DNA of 64,000 nt. Origin: Amphiscolops sp. MND2022 (lineage: Eukaryota). The notes under the pieces are model-generated. The model ran no database searches and was not told where the DNA came from. It was given only the letters and a program-made list of their open reading frames with translations. The translations under genes were made by a program, and so were the position numbers. Positions within the stretch are counted from its first letter, which is position 1. Each line of letters starts with the position of its first letter. This document shows positions 36,986 through 47,410 of this stretch, piece after piece. The stretch covers positions 42,470,001 through 42,534,000 of the forward strand of contig OZ076419.1 of the NCBI GenBank assembly GCA_964187785.1, in the 5' to 3' direction.

Positions 36986-37090
36986 CCCTCGATTATGAAA
37001 ATGGCGGTTGCAATGCGAAATTTCTAGTGGAATTGAACTCTACAATTCCAATTGTGAAATAAATTTGTGTGGAAAGTCGTGTAGGTTGTT

Positions 37091-37204
37091 GAACAGGATG
37101 AACTAGATGAACAGGATGAATAGGATGAATGGGCTGAAGAGGACGAATGGGCTGAATAGGATGAAATGGGCTGAAGAGGATGAATGGGCTGAATAGGATG
37201 AAAT
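37091..37204. repeat. 9-bp-unit purine-rich tandem repeat abutting the PBS
   Basis: Alternating (T/G)AGGATGAA and TGGGCTGAA units, about 12 copies. Confidence 0.85.
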
Positions 37205-37222
37205 GCCTCTCTATGGCCACCA
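37205..37222 (-). promoter_or_regulatory. Primer-binding site of the BEL element
   Basis: TGGTGGCCATAGAGAGGC directly follows the 5' LTR end (TTTTACA). It is complementary to a tRNA ending GGCCA-CCA; tRNA-Ile-like is a tentative guess. Confidence 0.8.
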
Positions 37223-37633
37223 TGTAAAACTTTAGTGATCGAGCTTCTCTAAAGTTCGTTTTGAAGAAACGAAAAGATCCAAACAATGTATTTTTTGGTT
37301 GATGCTGATATCGGCTATAAATCGAGGTATCAATGCTTTAGGAATAAATGTTTTAATCAAATAACAAACGGCAAAAGAACATAAACGAAACAATATTAAC
37401 AAATATTAGTAAACAACGCTTTTTGAACTGAATAGCAAGGCCTTTTCAAGAGCATTTTTCAAGGTTATTTGAATATATTTTATGGTAAAAATACAAGTTT
37501 TAACCGAAACATTTACGGACCCGTCCGGGATTCGAACCGTAGACCTTTCGATTGGAGAGCTAGTATTACTACCTCTACACTAAACCGTCTTATTATTTGT
37601 TTGTTTTAAATTAGCGATATTGCTACCGCAACA
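37223..37633 (-). repeat. 5' LTR of the BEL/Pao element
   Basis: 411-bp direct repeat of 28426-28836, followed on the plus strand by GTGGA. Confidence 0.95.
37518..37589 (-). ncRNA. tRNA-derived 72-nt cassette in the 5' LTR
   Basis: Identical to 28721-28792 and starts 44 nt inside the LTR 5' end. Confidence 0.8.
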
Positions 37634-39253
37634 GTGGATAAAACGGTCAAAAATTGGTTAAACGGAAAAAAGCCTAAAATTTGCTCAAAATCAGCTAATT
37701 GTAACTTTCTCAATTTTTGCCCAGAAAAAATTTAAAAACACTAATGTAAACACTAAATGAAATTTTAAGAAACTTTTATTTTTAATGTTTTTCAAAATTC
37801 TCAAAAGATTTCGAGAAAATCGAGCCTAAAAGTGCCCCGGGGGACGTTTTCTTAATCACAGTACTGTACTTTATGTAATCACGGTTATTCAAATAGCACG
37901 CTGGATATGACGCTACTTTTAAACTTATAATGTGACTGAAGTTTATTTGCATTGAAACGGCGGTAATATTGGTGAAGGTCTCAGCTGGCTTCAAAATTAG
38001 AACGGCGTCTTTATGAAACCTGGAAAACTCCGCGGCGCAGAATTGCCGCCAAATTTAGCATGCATCTTATAGACAGCTTGATACAAATGAATCGAATAAG
38101 TGAAGTTTTAATGCATGGACGTTTCTTTGAGGATTTTACAAAATCATGGAAAATTTCCTTGGTAACCTACAAAAACATGTAAAAAGTTCAAGCAGTTCCA
38201 ACCAGGGTAAAACTGATGGCAGCTTAGTTTCACACTTTGGATTTTCAAATACTCATCTGATGTGATCACTGCTTCTCAAATAGCATGCTCGCTAAACCTG
38301 ATGATTATAAGTGTGGAAAAAGTGTGGAAATAACTTTAATTTCAATAGTGAAAAGTGCAGCGTAGTACTACGCAATTTACCACCGAGAGCTTACTGAAAT
38401 TTGTTTTTTTGAAAAAAAGGAACCTCGCATGCAGGCCTGCTTGCAGCATGTAAAAAGTTCCCACAGTCTCGACTGGGGTTGTCATGCTTGCCCACTCATA
38501 TATAAACATACATACTTATATATTTAGTAATAAAGATAAGTTAAATATACCCACACATTTGTACATTCAACCCTGAATAATGATGAGGATAGAACTAAGA
38601 GAAATGATAAGAGTTCTTAGAAGGATTCGTAGGTTGTTTGTCTCGGCGTACGATAGAAATCTCCGAACGTAATTTTCGCAACCGTGAAGTAGTTCGTCAT
38701 CCCTCCCTCACAGAGCACTCACAAAGTGAACACTGTGAATGGTCTGGAAAACAAGCACGTTCAAAATAACTACCACATCTTGATCAAGACCGTCTTTTAG
38801 AACTGCAGTCAAAAATAGAGAAAATGGATACTGTCTATAACAAAACAAGACGCCCGCTAAGCACCGGGATATTTCCCGCCCTCTTCGTCTTCACCAACTG
38901 AGCCATAGCTATTTTGGGAGGGGGAATTGGATCTAAAGAATAAAATTTGGTGCTTGTAAATCTTTTTCCCTTTAGATCTTATTCCCGTCCTGAAATTTTA
39001 GATCTTATTCCCTCTAGATCTTGTTCCTTTTTTGATTTTAGATAATATTTCCCCTCTAAGCTGTTTCAGTTACTTGACTATTTTAGATACTAGTAACGAA
39101 AATAATCAAGTAACTAGGTGAAGTGGAGTGAGAGAGTGTAGAGAAGAGTGAAATAAGGAGTGGAGTTATGGCAGAATTTGGAAAAAAAACGCATCACAGA
39201 TCATGATTTTCCTCCCCCAAATAAGTTTGTGGGGTCGGAAAATAATAATGGTA

Positions 39254-39537
39254 GGGGTCGACTCCATAAGGTAGATTACCTCCATAGTCGCGTGGAAAGG
39301 GGCTACTTGTATAGAAGACCAAGTCACCCAATTTTCTCCATATCACCCAACTTTTTCCAAATGACGTAATCTTTGGACATGAATGACGTCATTGGCCCAG
39401 TTGTTGGGTCATGAATTTCCGTCCAAGATTCATTCTTGATTAATGATCTACCCATTTTTGAACCTGAGTTGGTCTTCCATGCAAGTAGCCCCTTTACACT
39501 CGACTATGGAGGTAATCTACCTTATGGAGTCGACTCC
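39254..39537. mobile_element. MITE/foldback-like element with ~70-bp terminal inverted repeats
   Basis: GG(G/A)GTCGACTCCATAAGGTAGATTACCTCCATAGTCG...AAAGGGGCTACTTG...GAAGACCAA is present at both ends in inverted orientation, with ~6 mismatches. Confidence 0.85.
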
Positions 39538-39870
39538 GTTGATAGGGAGCATAGCCGCTCGATAATAATGCAGAAACAAATTATAGCAGAAACGAATTGA
39601 ATTCTCAATTGTGACTGATCGACAGCGATCTTTAAATGAAACTATTATGTAACTTTTCAACCGACTAGAGTAAATGAATCCTCAATGCATGCAATTTCGT
39701 TTATATTACCATTCGGTTATATTATCGAGCGGCTAAAGTCACGGCTATCAAAAAATTCGATTCTGCTTAAACTTATTCTGCATTATTATCGTTCGACTAC
39801 ACAACCTATCACCGGAAAGATGACATCATTTAGGAAAATGAAGATGATGTCATTAAGATCCAAACCTCAC

Positions 39871-40384
39871 CTGCATGGGTAATGAAAACTTTGACTTCTT
39901 CTCTGCAAAGTAAAGTAAGCTGAGGAATCTTCGAAACGAGAAGCAGATTTGTTTCTCTGTCTTCTCCCTTGTTTTCGGGAATCTTTATTGAGTCATATTT
40001 CACGGATAAGGACCATATGAAAGCGTAGTCAGTTTGGGCCGCCAATTCATTCAACAAAAACTGAAGTTTATTCTCTTCCACTTCGAAAGCTGTGCCCATT
40101 GACAAGTAAATAACAGGTTTATTGGATTTTCCCAGAAATGAGTCAATTTCAGAGGGTAAGGTTCTGAAAAACTTCTCATCAGGAATGAACCCAATATGGT
40201 AAAAATTGTTATCCAATTTCAAATCCGAGAGTTTTCGTAAAGTGACGTCAGGTGGACCCGAGTGGATCAGAATCGAGTGGCGATAGTAGAAGCTGACAGG
40301 TAACATTACGTCATTTTCGTCCTCTTCTATCATTGGTTGAAGTCCATAATCGTTGTAGACGTCTCGAACGAAGTAATACATTTC
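39871..40384 (-). CDS. UGT: UDP-glycosyltransferase central exon
   Basis: Acceptor TTTCCAAAAG, donor CAG/GTGAGG. 514 nt, phase 0 to 1. Encodes KPVIYLSMGT, AFIWSL and KIPQLTLLCREEVKVFITHAG; joined to 25272 it restores HAGANS. Confidence 0.9.
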
Positions 40385-41059
40385 CTTTTGGAAAGATTTA
40401 TTAAAGAATCACACAGTTCTTAGATCCCAAGAATTTGATTTTTGAAGAAAATTTTCAAGCTAGAATCCTAAGTCTTGTTTCAAAATCTGTTGATTCATCA
40501 CAGATGATAAAAAGTTGAAAAACCTTTTTCAAAATATCCAAGAGTAACTTGACTACAGTATTGGTTATAAGCAATATTTTTTCTCAAGAATTAATATTAA
40601 AAATGATTCGCTGCCATAGCTTCTACTCTTTTTAACGACACTATAATTCATACACCACTTGAAGGTTAACGCGGATGTCTCCAGGACTAAGCCAAAACTT
40701 TCATACTTGCGAAGCTTTTCGCGAAGCCCCTTTTGATTGTTAGCAGCAACAAAGCGTTCTGCTAGCATAGAGGCCGCTTTTAGGTTTTTTGGCACAGTGC
40801 AATCTCCCGAAAAAAGCTTTGCGACAAATTTTTTCACAACTTTTGTTTTTTTTCGAGATTATCTGTTCGGGAAATGTTGTTTGTTCACTAGACATTGAAT
40901 GCCTTTCGCTTACTTCGCTTACTTTTCAAGTCTAAAACTTCATAAGAAAAGAGTCGACTACAGTCATGGCTTTTCGTCAGTGTTTTTTTAAACTTTTTTT
41001 CAAAAAAAATCGGGTGCTGTGGAAGAGTAGTGACACTTTGAAGTCTATTTGCTAATTTT

Positions 41060-41104
41060 GAGCCTTTTTGAGATATAGCGCCGACATGGGCCGGTCCCGG
41101 CTTG
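41060..41104 (+). mobile_element. HINE 3' terminus
   Basis: GCGCCGAC (41078-41085), then hairpin GCCGGTCCCGGC (41090-41101), then TTG. Confidence 0.7.
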
Positions 41105-41189
41105 TATCTTCTGTATTTTTAGTACACAAAACGTACATAAGGTGAAAAACTTGAAGAGTATACACAAAACATGGTATATTAGTATCTTA

Positions 41190-44100
41190 TTTCACGCTAA
41201 AGCACCTGGCAATATGTAAAACAAAGAAGAAAAAATGCAGAAACTGTGCAACAATAGGCCAATTCGCACGAATGTGCAAGAGACCGAAATTTGACAATAT
41301 ACGACGAAGCGAGTAACAAACTGGACGAAGAGAACATGATGTTGAACGTGGGTGGTGGCGAAAAACATCCATTTGTCATGAAAGTAAAAATAAACAACCA
41401 GCCTTTCTCAACGATGATCAGTTCGGACTCACTGATCACCAAATTCACGCAAACGGATACGAGAGCAATGTTAAAGGTGTGCGTAATTTTCGCAAGATCG
41501 ATATCGAAACAAGAACGAACGGTGCAATATAACAACATACTACGCAAGCTGTTAGAATTTACAACAGTGGATGCGCAAGTGAAGCGTCGACAAGAAACAT
41601 CGAAAAATCCCGATGGTCATCACGAGAGATGGAGAGTGATCACTAAATGGACGTGACTGGCTAAATCACCTCAACTTCAGAGTACGAGAAACCAAAAGAA
41701 TTATTGAGTATACAAACCAATTTTGAAAAGTTTCTGAACGACAGGACACTGAACATTTGAAACAAGAGAATACTTTAAACAGAGAAGCACGTGAAACAGA
41801 GAATACTTTGAAGTCCTTTTGCTATTTTTGAGCCTTGAAAATGGCACCGACTTGTGTCGGTCCCTGCTTCTATATTCTATAAATTTAGTACGCAAAACGA
41901 ACAAAAGGTAAATTCTTAAAAGTAAATACGAAACATAGCATATAGTATCTAAGTTTTATGCTAAAGCACCTGGCAATATGTAACACAAAGAAGGAAAAAT
42001 GCAGAAACTGTGCAAGATTTGGCCATTTCGCACAAAAGTGCAAGAGACCGAAAATTGACAATATACGAGGAAGCGAGTAACAAACTGTACGAAGACAACA
42101 TCGTGAAAGTTTTGTCACGAAAGTAAAAATAAACAACCATCCTTTCTCAACGATGATCAATTCGGGTTCACCGATCACAAAATTTATGCAAACAGATAGG
42201 CGGATGTAGTTTTCGCAAGATCGACTGCGAAACAAGAACAAACAGTGCTTTATAAAAACATGCTTCTCAGCCTATCATTGGTTGAAGTCCAAAGTTGTTG
42301 TACACGTCTCGAACGAAGTAATACATTTCCTTTAGGAAAGATGTCTAAAGACTCACACTGTTTTGAGATCCGAACAGTTTGATTTTTGAAGAACAATTTT
42401 AGTCTAGAATGCTAAGTCTTTCCAAAATCCCCAAGCATAACATGACTATAGTATATTTTATAAGTATTTGTTTGTTTTCTCAAGTATCATTATTGAGAAT
42501 GTTATGCTGCCATAGTTTCTTCTCTTTTTAACGGCACTCCAATTCATACACCACTTGGAGGTTAACGCGGATGTCTCCAGGACTAAGCCTAAACTTTCAT
42601 ACTTGCAAAGATGAAGAAAACAGTGGATGCGCAGGTGAAGTGTCGACAAGAAACGTCGAAAAATCCCGATCGTCATCACGAGAGATAGAGAGTGATCACT
42701 AAAAAGACGAGACCGGCTAAATCAACTCAAATTTAGAGTACAAGAAAGCAATTGGAGTACACAAACCACAACAGAAAAAGTTTCTGATCAACAGGACATT
42801 TAACATTTGAAACAAAATTTTCTGAGACCGAGCATCGGGAATGTATGCTTTTAACAACGGACGTTACGGACTGACGATAATGCCGCCAGAGTTCCAGAGG
42901 GTCATTGACAAACTTACACGAAACATTCAAATTCATTTGCAACTATAGACGACATCCTCACTGTAACAAATGAAACCAACAACCAGCACATGGTGAAAAT
43001 GGAAGAAGTCCTGAAAGTAACAGAAGAAGCCGGGATACATCTGAAGCTGGAGAAATGCAGAGTAGCACAAACAAAACAGGAAGGTTGGGGTCAAAACTCT
43101 CCGAGAGCGGGGTAAAGCCAACCGACAAAAAGATCTTTGCAATTCCAGATGGAATTTGACCGAAAAACCAGAAAAGAGCTTCGTTCATCGATGGGAGCAC
43201 TAAATCAGATGACCTGATTCAATCTGGATTTGGCGAATGTGTGTGCACAACTAAGACCACCATTCAGCCAGAAGAAAATGAAAGGGCGTTTCAAGCAAAC
43301 AAAACACTACCGAAATAAAACATTCTAAGGGAAACCAACTGAAGAAGATCGTGCGTGATGACAGCAAAGGATGATTTTGGCAGTACTGCAGCAGCAAACA
43401 GAAAAGTAATATCAAGTAAAAGTAACGACACCTAATATGGAATCGTCAACTACCAGGAAACAACTATACGAAAGCAACACGGGATCCTAAAATGAAAAAA
43501 AAAACGAAAAGTATTTAATCAAGTTCGGTTCACTTCAGAAACGCCAGCTATCGAGTGAAGAACAAAAACAGCAGACGACACCAGCTGACGAACAAGAAGC
43601 AACCAATGACGAGAGAGATGACACAAGCCAAGAGCCAATCAGAAGGAGGCCAGCAATGAAATCTCTGAAACAAAAAGGAACAGAAGCAACAATCGAAGGC
43701 AAAACAAAGAGGAAGGAAAATTAAAGTAGCCAAACGACAATGAAAAACAAACTCCACAGTTGGAAACAGAAACAGAGGAAGAAACCGTGAACGCAAAAAT
43801 CCAGAACTAACCACAAAGAATCAGATGGAAAGAAATGGAACAGGAAGTGAGTGAAGAAACAACGAAGAAAAACACACAACTAGACGAGGGGAGCGACAAA
43901 GAAACAAACCGAATTTTTATGGCCATAACAGAATGGTCACCCAACTATCCGCTTGCAAAACCGAAAAGAACGAGCGGAACAAGACAATCATTTGCCGAAA
44001 AAGACGAACGAGAAGAAATTGAGGAAAGCCACATTTTGAGGACGTCCCAGGAAACGACAAACAAGAATTTTTTGAAAAAACAGCAACAGTAAAGTTTCAT

Positions 44101-44413
44101 TGATGTTTATGTTGTGCATTTATCTCGAAGGTAAATTGTTTACCACTAAACGTATTGTGTAAACTTGTTCGTTCTAAACTAGATGAACGTGAAGTCTATG
44201 AGTGTTCATAACTACTAGATACTTTTTTAAAGTTAACGTGGGGTGTTGTGACAGAGCGCTAGAAATGACATTGCATAAACCTCACTAAAAATACACCTAG
44301 TTGTCTAACACAACCGAGTTCAAGAAGAAAATTAGAGAAGATCTTTTGCCACATGGTCTATTCGTTGAAACACACACTCTAATAGTTATCACTCTATTAG
44401 TTTTAAATCAACA
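41190..44413 (+). mobile_element. Decayed, partly duplicated Gypsy element with PPT and probable 3' LTR
   Basis: Knuckle CRNCATIGQFARMC and protease KINNQPFSTMI(S/N)S, each twice (~41200-41460, ~41960-42190). RT FATIDDILTVT...KLEKC (~42940-43060). Purine tract ending GGGG, then TGTTG...CAACA (44244 to ~44413). Confidence 0.75.
42267..42610 (-). pseudogene. Diverged duplicate of the UGT exon 5' end and upstream intron
   Basis: Aligns to ~40328-40710. It retains the acceptor CCTAAAG and encodes EMYYFVRDVYNNFGLQPMIG-stop (42329-42267). Confidence 0.85.
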
Positions 44414-45254
44414 GCTTCAACAGTCTCATAGTTCTAAAAATCCCAAAAGAAGACCCATTCAACTAGCGAATAGCTTTTACCAAGCCAAATGTTTCGAAAC
44501 ATGAAGTGATACCATTTTACCGAAAGAGAACATTTCGGAAAAAAAGTTGCACAGTGACAAAAAAACAGTAGGTCTTTTGCAGTTTTTAAAAAGTCTCTCA
44601 TGAGTCATATAGCACTAAAATAGTCAGAGATAACGTTAAAAGTGGAAAACGATTTTGCTCAACCGAATACCTCTCAAAAACCAAAAATTGAGAAACAAAT
44701 TTTGATTTTTTTGGGTTGTTTAGAAAAATTTCTTCGGTAAGTCGCATAGTGTTGAAAACCCTGATGCGGCGTCTGCGCGCAAAACGTTTCGTTTTTAGTT
44801 CTAATTGAGGGGGCTATAGCATGGTCATCGTAATAAAATTGGTGATTGCATGCGGGGTCTTCAAAAAGCCACTTCTATAGTTGAGATTCGTTTCTTTGCA
44901 AAGCGCCGAATGAAAGTGGAGATAAAGTACCTGGGTTTTTGGTGTTTTTTGTGAAACATCTCTTTACCATAACTAGTACCGAACCCTACAAAAGATTTTA
45001 TATTTCCCGGTGGTGATAGACTCCGTTCCATGATGTTCAATATCTTTTTGGAACCCGCCATCTCAGACTTTTTGATTGTTGATTGTTGAGATGTTTCTCC
45101 AGGTACAAAAATTTCATTCAAATGGAATTCATAGAATTTTGGGATCCACACATACCGAGCACTTTCACGCTTCAGGTCAATTATGAGATGACAAATGTAC
45201 TTGACTGTGTCTACCAGTGGTTCTCGTCGATTTTCGCTAGTCAATGTGAGTTGA

Positions 45255-45790
45255 TTTTTAGTCGGCGCATTTTAGTAGAAAATGTGCCCGACTATTACAG
45301 TGGGTAGTTTTTTTTAGACACGAAAGGTCCACTTTTTTGTTCATTTGTTCAACAACCTCAAACTTCAACAACTTCAAACCTCAACAACTCCAACTTCAGA
45401 AGCGCGTCCAAAACGAAAAGAAAAAACAAAACAGACGTCCACAACCTCGAAAACACACCTTAGCCCCACTTTTTTTCAGCACTTTTTTTTGAAGTTTTTT
45501 GGATTGCACCAGAGGGTCCCCTCTTCATTTGTTTCGATATTTTGCAACACAATGGATGTCAAAAAATCGCAAAGGGTCCCCCTTTTTACATTTTTCGGCA
45601 CTGTGACACTGTTCAAAAATCTCATTAAAAAAATTTTTTGGGAAATTTTTTCATGTCTCCAAATTGTCCCCCCTTCAATTTTTTTCAAATTTTTTGCAAC
45701 CAGCTGGAGTTTCACAAAGCCCGAAGGGTCCCCCTTTTAAATTTTGAGCCTTAGATTTGGCGCCAACTTTGGCCGTTCTCGGCTTGTTTT
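45255..45790 (+). mobile_element. Complete non-autonomous Helentron-like element (HINE)
   Basis: 5' TTTTTAGTCGGCGC...GTGCCCGACTA hairpin (45255-45294). 3' GCGCCAACT (45760-45768), hairpin GCCGTTCTCGGC (45772-45783), then TTGTTTT. Confidence 0.8.
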
Positions 45791-46682
45791 TCTTTTTGGA
45801 GGGTTTTTCGTTTTGCACTTAAACTCGTGTAGCAATCTTTCTCGTGTCCTGAGCAATAGTTTTAGACAACCAACAAAATGTTGAGAACCCAGTTGCCGAA
45901 TTTAAATTTTCCCCAGTGATGGTTCCCAGTGAAGTTAGTTTTTGGCAAAATTCTTTCCTACCAATTTCAAATTTTCTTGGACATCAGGGCTCACCAAATT
46001 TTGGAGGTTCTAACGAAATAACTCTCAGAATTCGAGCAAATTAGCCAGGCGATGCCGCGAATCCAAGCAAATGATAAAATTTTGGCTAGAACCCTCCGAA
46101 GAAACTTGGGAACCGTGGCAAAATTTCCTCGTTTCCCGCAAGGATCGGCGAAATCTTCAAGTATGCCGTCAGGAGTCATACAAAGTATTGCCTGTATTCT
46201 GTAAGATTTTGTCAGGATCTTGTCAATATTTTCCAAATGTCTAACGCTATCATGAGAGCAACTAAGTTTTTCATGAAGCTGAACGAGGCCAACTCGTTTT
46301 AGCAGCGTGTGACATATTTGAAAAAAAAACTAATTTCACCGATTAGGGTTTCTTGAAAGCATAGAGGGCCCTTTCAGGTATTTTTGGCACTGAACGTTTC
46401 CAACTTTTCTCGAAAGGCAACAACTTCTCAGAAGCAAAACGTAAAAAAATGCCCACGTCACGAGATGATCTTGAGTGGAGAAATCGATTATTGTATTTTC
46501 CGAAAACCGAAAATATTTTGGCGTATGTATATCTATTGATATAAATCTAGATTCACATTATTCTATTGATTACATTACAGAAGCTTTTCAAATTTCGCAA
46601 CTCTATTGCTTAGAATAGTGAATTTCAAATCCTGAAACAGGACATTGAAAACAGGATCATTACATCTTGAAAACTGTAATGA

Positions 46683-46862
46683 CCTTGGTCGAGAAAAAAA
46701 CAGATCTGGCAAAAATCTTGCAAGACAATGAAAAGTGTAAATCTTGCAAGATTCTGGCAGAAAAGGCAAATCTTGCAAGAATCTGACAGAAAACTCATAT
46801 CTTGCAAGACTCTTGCAAGATTCTTGAAAGACTTGCATCAACAAGAAAAATTTCTTGCAAGA
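46683..46862. repeat. TCTTGCAAGA palindromic-unit repeat cluster
   Basis: Multiple TCTTGCAAGA units after CCTTGGTCGAGAAAAA; same family as 50995-51178 and 51955-52636. Confidence 0.8.
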
Positions 46863-47410
46863 TTTACCTCACTGGCAGACTAAATTCTGCTGCAAATTTA
46901 GAACTTTCTATGGCCGCGAACATAAAGCATTGAAATAGATACAAAGCTCAAAACCACCAATTTTTATTTGGCATTTTAAACATCGCACAAAAATTGTTCC
47001 TAAACGGCTCTGATTCGATGCTCACTGGAATTGCATCTAACTGTATCGGATGAACTCCAAACAGAAAAGAAAAGTGTTCAGAAAGAAAGAAAGAAACTTA
47101 TTTTATTGGACAACAAGTATATCTGCTTTGATAAATCCTATTTAACAAATGCAATTTCAACATCCAATACGGACGCAAAATGAGCACAACCGTTCTTCTA
47201 GTTTGCGCCCTACCAACTCAAGTACAATTGAAAGCGCCTTAGTTGGGAAGTGAAAACTACCTTGCAGTGTTACAGAATATACCTAAGAGTAGAACATGGA
47301 AAAAAGTTCTCTATTATCAACGACATAAACGGAGCTAATTTCTGAGATGAGTTTCTTGACTTGGAACTGTGATAATTCCCTCAACTTTGATGGTAATAAA
47401 TTCATTTCGA

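Larger units (their letters stand above)
28426..37633 (-). mobile_element. Full-length BEL/Pao LTR retrotransposon, 9208 bp
   Basis: Two 411-bp direct repeats with TG...CA ends, a 5-bp target-site duplication GTGGA (28421-28425 and 37634-37638), PBS, PPT, and gag-PR-RT-RH-IN domain order with BEL-type motifs. Confidence 0.97.

Noticed and set aside
36793-37204. CRISPR-like array
   Set aside because: Contiguous minisatellites without unique spacers, no cas genes, and a eukaryotic context.
38450-38735. Possible solo LTR (TG...CA-bounded, AT-rich core)
   Set aside because: Ends are ambiguous, with no matching target-site duplication or second copy in the window.
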